A stretch of 62,575 nt of DNA, filler included, from Choristocarpus tenellus KU-1152 (taxonomy: Eukaryota > Protista > Phaeophyceae), in the NCBI GenBank assembly GCA_964200185.2. It is 12 parts of 12 records of this genome, joined end to end, with 100 filler letters (N's around TTAATTAATTAA, not from the genome) between each part and the next. Parts side by side here need not be neighbours in the genome. Positions count along the whole stretch, not along the records: positions 55,825 to 62,575 come from CAXNAD020007427.1; 11 more parts are not named here. One strand, written 5' to 3'. The translations under genes and the position numbers were made by a program. Each line of letters starts with the position of its first letter. The stretch's first letter is position 1. Under the pieces are notes generated by a model. The model had not been told where the DNA came from. It did not search any database and worked only from the letters and a program-made list of their open reading frames with translations. This document shows positions 55,825 to 62,575 of this stretch, one piece after another.

Positions 55825-58800
55825 AAAATGGAATCAACTGCGGCACCCCCCCCGAAGTCAAAAAGGCCCGTCCAGCAAACATCAGGCTGCCGATACCCCC
55901 CTCATGCCACGAGGAGCAGCTGTCTCTCAGCAAGGCCAGTTTTGGGTGGGGCGATGGTCCCCCAACCGTGAAAGGCGTGGATCTGAACTTGCAGAAGGTC
56001 TGAGCCGTTTTCTTTTTTAGTCTTAACTGTGACTGTCGTTGATTGGTCGATCTCTTGAAGGTTTTCCATGTTTTTTGGCGTGTGGATGGTGATGTTGAGA
56101 ACAATGCTACTGTGGTTGTAAGGGTGGAGTATTCCTTACAACAAAAAGTATTGATGCTATCGATGGTATGATCAATAGCATTTGCTATGTAGGAGTTGAT
56201 CCTTGTGATGAGCGAGGAGTTGGTATTGTGGCAAGGGGATGTTTTTAGTTTTTCGAGTTTGATTTCTTCGTCGGGGTTAGGGTTTTCAAGGCTAATGCTC
56301 TTGATCTCTTTGATGTAATAATAATTTTTTGTTTTAAGTCACTTTACATCAGTGTGTGGTGTTGGTATTTTGCGATGGGTGGCGATGTGAGATGAGTAAC
56401 ATGTTTGAGGTGTGTTTCCGACGATTGTGGCAGTTGATGTATGATTTGGTTGATGACCAAACCACAGGGACAAACGTGGGCCATCCTAGGCCCCAATGGT
56501 GCTGGGAAGAGCACCCTCCTCAAGGCCCTTGCTGGAAGTCTGCCTCTTTCGGAGGGTGAGAGGAAGGAAGGGGAAGGCCTGCAGATAGGGGTGTTCACAC
56601 AGGTAGACAAGACTGTGCTGTGGGCAATTGACAGAGGGCATTCCTGTTGCTGTGGTGTAGTGATTATGTATTGATTGTGTCATGTTGGGATTAAGAGAGA
56701 TTAAGAGAAATTAAGAGAAATAGACAATAGTGATGTAAACAAGAGTGCAATCTGTTTGTTGGGGTTGGTAGTGGGAATGGCTTCCTCTTATTTTATGTGA
56801 TATCCCATTAATAGTAATACTCTCCTGTTTATTTCTTGTTGCGCTGCTGCTGAGTGTGGAAGATGAGAAAATAGAATTTTTAAATAGTCAATTTAGTCAA
56901 GTAGTGCATTGCGATTCAGTCAGTTATTATTTGCAGTTGTCTGCTGGAATGATTGATGAGTGTGTGCAGCAAGGTATACCTTATTTAGTCACCTTGTTAC
57001 TGTGTTTTGTGGATGATGGTAGTGAGGGTTAGGGTTACATGGCGAACTATGGAGTTTCCATTCCACCCATAGTTTGTTAGAATGGCATTCCTCCCGTCCC
57101 TGGGATAGGTTGGAGCACTCAAGAGTCCAGTGATTGGTCTTTTAATGCTTTGCTTATCCCTCCCATACTAATAGAAAACCCTAAGCCATAAACCAATGTG
57201 TTAGTTACTATTTATCTATTAGTATCTTCTCCCTAGTCTGTTCTATTTTGCTTCTCCTATCGTTCCATCCAGTTTCGTCCTCTCCAGTGCTCACAAAGCA
57301 ACTCTCCCTCTCTCTCTCTTATCTTCAATTTAGCCCTAACCCTACTTTTCTCTTTATGCTCATTAGATGGAGCCCTGAACACTTTCAACATTTTTCTGCT
57401 GATAGTACCTCTTTACTGCTGTACCCTATCTTGTCACGATTTATTCTAATAATACTTTACACTGCTAGACCCTCTCTTGTCACACTTTATTCACAAATGT
57501 ATGTGTGCATTCGCTTTTGAAGGACCTGGCCCAGGACCTTCCTCAGGATGCTGTAGCGCTAGAGCTTGTCTTGGAAAGAGTAAGGGAGTATGACATTGGG
57601 GTATCAGACGAACAGACCAGGGCTACTTTGGTGAGATACTACCCACTGTGAATTGTATATGCAAGGAACATGCCATGAAAATGCCAGAAACAACCTGATT
57701 TGCACTTTGCACTGATGCTGAAGCAATGTGTAGTTATTTATGTTGATATTGTTATCAATAAAGTCTGTTCTGCCTCTAGTAATGTTGATACCAATATTGC
57801 CTGCTATAGTTCTTTCAATGTTTGGTATGTGTATCACTAACCCTAACCCTAATTTGAAAAAATCAATATTGGGGGGGAGAGAGGATAGCACCTCAGTGAT
57901 CTATCTCACTTAGGGTTCAGACAAGACAAGAATGACTAAACTATAGCTTATTCATTGTTACCATTCTCCAGTAAGTTGGAAAGGCAAATCCTCTTCAGGA
58001 GCTGAACAACCGTTTCATGTATTTCCTTGCAGGGTTAGGGCTAGTTGTTGTAATTGTTGAAACTTCTAACGTTATTACTTTTGTTGACTTGGATTTACTC
58101 CAAATCTATTGGTGCTATAGAGCCTGCAGTGCACCCAGTGTGATTATCTACTTTTGAGTTAGTCTAAAAGTATTATTATTAAAAAAAAAATACATTTCTC
58201 ATGCGATTTGTTCGTTCTGACTGGTTGTTGAAGAAGGCATTCCTTGGGCTAGTTCAATTTGGTGGATCTTTTTGCAGAGCTGGCTCTATAGTCTACTTTT
58301 TTTCCCCATTTTTTGTACTTTCTATTATTTTTGCTATTATTGGATTCCCAGTACTATGCTGTAGGTGGTGTGCATGATATTGGTGGTGTGGAAAGATCAA
58401 ACATTACTGAGGTGCTCCTCAAAGGTGCTCTATAAACCACTTTCTCACCTCAGGGTGGGCTTGGACTCACTGGGCCAAAAGCTCTGAGGAAGATTGGGGT
58501 GTTGTCAGGAGGAGAGAAGGCACGGGTGGCGTTGGCTATCTTTGTCATGATCCCATACAATATGCTCATGCTGGATGAGCCCTCCAACCATCTCGGTGAG
58601 AATGGCATTGTTAATTTTTTTGAGAGTACGTCCTGCTTTTAGTCTGGTGGATACATCCATAACCATCAATAACCTTAACAAGCTAGAAGTATCCGTACCT
58701 TCTAGGGTTAGGGTTAGGGTTAGGGTTAGATGAGATTTGGTAGAGTGTTTCAATAAATCACTGTATGTCAGCAGCAATTATGAGTGAGAGTATCCTGGAG

Positions 58801-60294
58801 GCTGTAACTTTTGCCCTGTTTATCCATTTGGGGCTTGGCTTCCCATGTTTTTTTTTAATGACATTTACCTACTCCGAAATATACCTTATGAAAAGGTTTG
58901 TCCGGAACAAGGATAATGACACTTCCTAACAAACACGATAGCCAAAATTGCATCAAAATTGCAACACTGAATTTTGACCCCCAAATGGATGCGGCTCAAC
59001 CCTCTAAGATACTTTGGCTCTTATCCTTATATACACAAAACAACAATTATGACTCTGTTGCCAGACAGGAGCGGATGGATGATCTAGGTCATGGATATCA
59101 TCTGTTTGAGGGATAAGGATAGATTGAGAGAGAGATCGCAACTCCTACGGTCTCCTTGTTTATTTTTTATTTTATTTTTTATTGGTTCTTTTCCCACAGA
59201 GATGCTTACTTTCCTTTCCCACAGAGATGTTTACTTTCCTTTCCGATGGAGATGCTTACTTCTAAATATATGGGGACTCTCAGTCGTGAGTCGTGAGCCA
59301 GCTGCGTTCTGTTTGTGCTAATAACCCTTTACCCTGACCGATATCAATTCAAGGCTGACACTAACCCTATGTTTTTGCATTGTGAGTATTTTGATATCAT
59401 GTTGTCATCTAGTGATTCATTAGGGGACGAGATCGCTTTTCACAAATTGTCTGCCTTCGTAGTTAAGAAATGTAATTATTATTATTATTATTATTATTGT
59501 TGTTGTTGTTGAAGAGTATTCATTACTGTAACTCCAACTTTGTTTGAAAATAGAAATATTATTATTATCCTTAGGGTGTGTTGTGGTTGATGCATCTTTC
59601 CACAAGAGGTACATCTAGGGTTAGGGGTTGTACAGAGCAAAATTAATAGGATCCCTATCACCTCTCCAGTACTTTTAACATCATTAATATTAGGACTGCA
59701 CGACGCAATCATGTGAACTTGTGATCAAGTTATGTGGGATGGATACTTATTTATCTTTCAGGGTGTATTTTGAGTCAGAGATGTTTGTGTCTTACTAACA
59801 CATGGACTCTTGGGAGTTAGTTCCCACCCCCCTTGTCCTTCTGTAGCTATTCTACTTGCACTCTGAAGTATTTGTATACTGGTGATCGGAATTCGTGCAC
59901 ATCATACTATTGATATATTATTAATAATATTGATAGTAGTATATTACATAGTAGTACTCAAGATGCCAAGAATACACTTGCACTAAAAAAAAATGATCCC
60001 GAGTATATAACCCTAACCCTAACTCTAACACATACATATGCTATGGGTGACCCTTCCAACCTCAGTCCCTTTGTTGCCCTGGTGTACAGTAAGTCCATGT
60101 TGTGTGTTGTGTGTTGTATTCAATGATCTATCTCGTTTGACCTCAAATGTACATCATGATATCCCTCACCAAAATGATGCTTTATGATGTTTTATATTTA
60201 TGATGTGATGTGATGCAATGTGTTGGTGATGGTCCTGGCTCCACTTGTATGTGAAGATGTGGAGACCCTCTACTCACTGGTGGATGCCATCAAG
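55825..60294 (+). CDS. ABC-F subfamily ATPase, linker and second nucleotide-binding domain (partial, 5 exons)
   Basis: Exons 55825-55997, 56468-56602, 57523-57630, 58454-58595 and 60257-60294 join in frame: Walker A GPNGAGKST, Q-loop GVFTQD, signature LSGGEKARVALA, Walker B/ABC-F motif MLMLDEPSNHLD; no TM segments. Confidence 0.9.
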
Positions 60295-61874
60295 GTCAGT
60301 GCCTTTTGCTATGTGATGTGTTGTGACTGACATTGGTTGGTTAGGGTTAGGGTTAGGGTTAAAGGACATTTTATGTCTATACGATACTGTTGATAATGAA
60401 CAGTGCTTCATGTGCATGAAATTAGTACTAGTTTAGTAGTAGTGCATAGGGTTAGGGGTGTAGTCTGGTGTATGTATTGATACTACTCCTAATAGTGACA
60501 TGTTTTGAGGGCGTGTCAACAGTGGCTGGATTGTAGTGACTTAAATTAAGATAGGGTTAGGGTTAGTAGGCTGTACTGCATTTCATAGTAGGGTTAGGGT
60601 TACTTCAATAATTGCATTTTACAGTACTAAAATATTAACCATGTATTGTTGCATATTGTTACAATAAAAAAGTATTGCTCATCGTGCTTGATATCAGAGT
60701 TGTAGGCAAAATGTGGAAGGTAGAGACTTTGGTCTATTCCTGGGTTACCAAAGGTTAGGGTTAGGGTTAGGATAGTATCACCATTATTGTGTTGGTGTGG
60801 AAGAGACACATCTCAAACCCTATAACCCTAACCCCCTGAAAGTACTAATATCATGAAAATCCGATTTAGTATTTTTTTATTATTGATAAAGGGCCTCGGG
60901 GCATCGTTTTGGCCACTTGTTTATTGATAATCCAGTCCATTTAGTTTTTATGTTTATATTATTAGTAGATCAACTGGCCTCATCCACCAAGCCACCTTAA
61001 ACTAACCCTAACTCTAACCCTAAGCTTACCCGTGGTATATTATTTTTTAATATTATAACAACTTGTATACTGGGGTTGGTGCTCAGTGTGAGTTCCAAGT
61101 TAAATTTAGCTGACAAAAACATCCAGCTGTCTAGAGTCAAGAGCATTGACATGCTGTTGGAAACATAAAGAATTGATCTCGGCAAGCATGGCAGTGATGC
61201 ACACCTTAAGACAACCTGGCACTCACCTGAACCAACCTAAACATCTCAGTGTTGTATGCAACCTAGGCAGGCTTTTATGAAGGGACTTTTTTCCGTGGAA
61301 GGTGTTGACTGATCCAGACATTTCTATTGTTTATATTATTATTGTTATTTGTAGTAGCAATGAAGTTGGTGTTGTGGTAGTGTTGTGATAATTTTACTGT
61401 TTTCTTATTTTTCTTTTGTGTGGGGACTATCCTAACCCTAACCCTAGCCTTCTGTTATAAGCAGTATACACAAGAGCAGTTACACCAAGTTCTATAACCA
61501 ACTCATGGACTGAGGCTGATCGTGCTCCATTGCCACCATTTGTGCCTTGTATCTAGTGTATCGAGTTGAGCCATCCCACTCTTCATTCCTCTACCTGCCC
61601 CCTCAAGAATTGCCCCTCAGATCTTGCCCCTCAGTAGGTTTGCTAGGCCCACCTTTATGTCACATGTCAGAGTGCTTCACCAACACATGGCTGGTCTTGT
61701 CTTTTTGTAGGTGGGCATAGATTATACCAATCAATATATGGATTATACCAATATATGGGGTATGATGAATAGTACAACTACTGGTGCAAAATGTGTAGTG
61801 GCACGATAGTATGACATTTTCCACCAATACTTGCAGGTACTTTGATGTTGAATGCTAGGGTTAGGGTTAGGGTT
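56275..61874. repeat. Scattered short interstitial (TTAGGG)n/(CCCTAA)n tracts
   Basis: For example 58702-58728, 60339-60361, 60752-60770 and 61856-61874, plus CCCTAA-strand tracts near 57840, 60010, 61010 and 61435. Confidence 0.85.
58782..59020 (+). mobile_element. MITE family A in ABC-F intron
   Basis: GAGTGAGAGTATCC...CCCTCTAAGATACTTTGGCTC; TSD TTAT. Confidence 0.9.
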
Positions 61875-61960
61875 ACTTTCTTATTCATTCTGTACTGCTG
61901 ACTAAACTAAGACCAGGAACAAGAACGTGTTTTAACTGGAGGTGCAAATAGGAACAGTCT

Positions 61961-62283
61961 AATCGAATTCTGTTTGATTGATTGGAATAACTGAACAATT
62001 GAACTGAATCGGATTCCATTTGATTGATTGGAATAACTGAACAACTGAACTGAATCGGATTCCATTTGATTGATTGGAATAACTGAACAACTGAACTGAA
62101 TCGGATTCCATTTGATTGATTGGAATAACTGAACAACTAAACTGAATCGGATTCCATTTGATTGATTGGAATAACTGAACAACTGAACTGAATTGGATTC
62201 CATTTGATTGATTGGAATAACTGAACAACTCAACTGAATCGGATTCCATTTGATTGATTGGATAACTGAACAACTAAACTGAA
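61961..62283. repeat. Minisatellite, 46-bp unit x ~7
   Basis: GGATTCCATTTGATTGATTGGAATAACTGAACAACTGAACTGAATC repeating at 62011, 62057, 62103, 62149, 62195 and 62241. Confidence 0.95.
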
Positions 62284-62575
62284 AAACATGAGTAACGTAT
62301 TATTTATTTTTATGCCAATACAAGTACAAGGTCACACATCCAACCTTCTTCTCAACTAAGAGCAAGGCACGAACGACCTATAGTCCATCTCAAATGTGAT
62401 ACATGGGAAATGGGAATGATGCATGAGAGAGATGAGATATGATACTATGATAGATGAGAAGTGATATGATACTTTGATACTCTCTAGGTGGAAAAAAAAA
62501 AGCGTGTAGTAAAGAGGGACAAATTTTTGCACCTGTGGAGGGGCTTGAATCAAACTAGGGAGTTTTTTTTTGTGC

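Noticed and set aside
61961-62283. Possible CRISPR-like array
   Set aside because: Units are head-to-tail with no unique spacers, no cas genes, and a eukaryotic context; same for the arrays at 48904-49220 and 51463-51705

Overview
Eukaryotic, intron-rich, repeat-rich DNA, most likely a brown alga or close stramenopile relative (inference from Chlamydia-POMP-like GGA[ILV]/FxxN exons, long GT-AG introns and interstitial TTAGGG tracts). The window is not contiguous: it is 12 contigs joined by an artificial 100-nt linker (N44-TTAATTAATTAA-N44), so neighbourhood across linkers means nothing. Host genes: 3' half of a CDK1/CDKA-type kinase, a complete 6-exon SnRK/CIPK-like kinase with DFG changed to GFG, the second NBD of an ABC-F ATPase, the 3' end of an unknown low-complexity protein, and isolated POMP-repeat exons. 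Mobile DNA: a near-complete but frameshifted chromodomain Ty3/gypsy element, two Ty1/copia derivatives, a CRE-like non-LTR RT and several eroded relics. The most striking signal is a pair of very abundant MITE families (17 copies or fragments). They share bipartite ends, AAAGTATCT-spacer-GTCCATTTG, with a 16-bp spacer at one end and 26-27 bp at the other (one helical turn apart, like the RAG 12/23 rule), and mixed 3/4-bp target-site duplications. No rRNA, tRNA or CRISPR array was seen.
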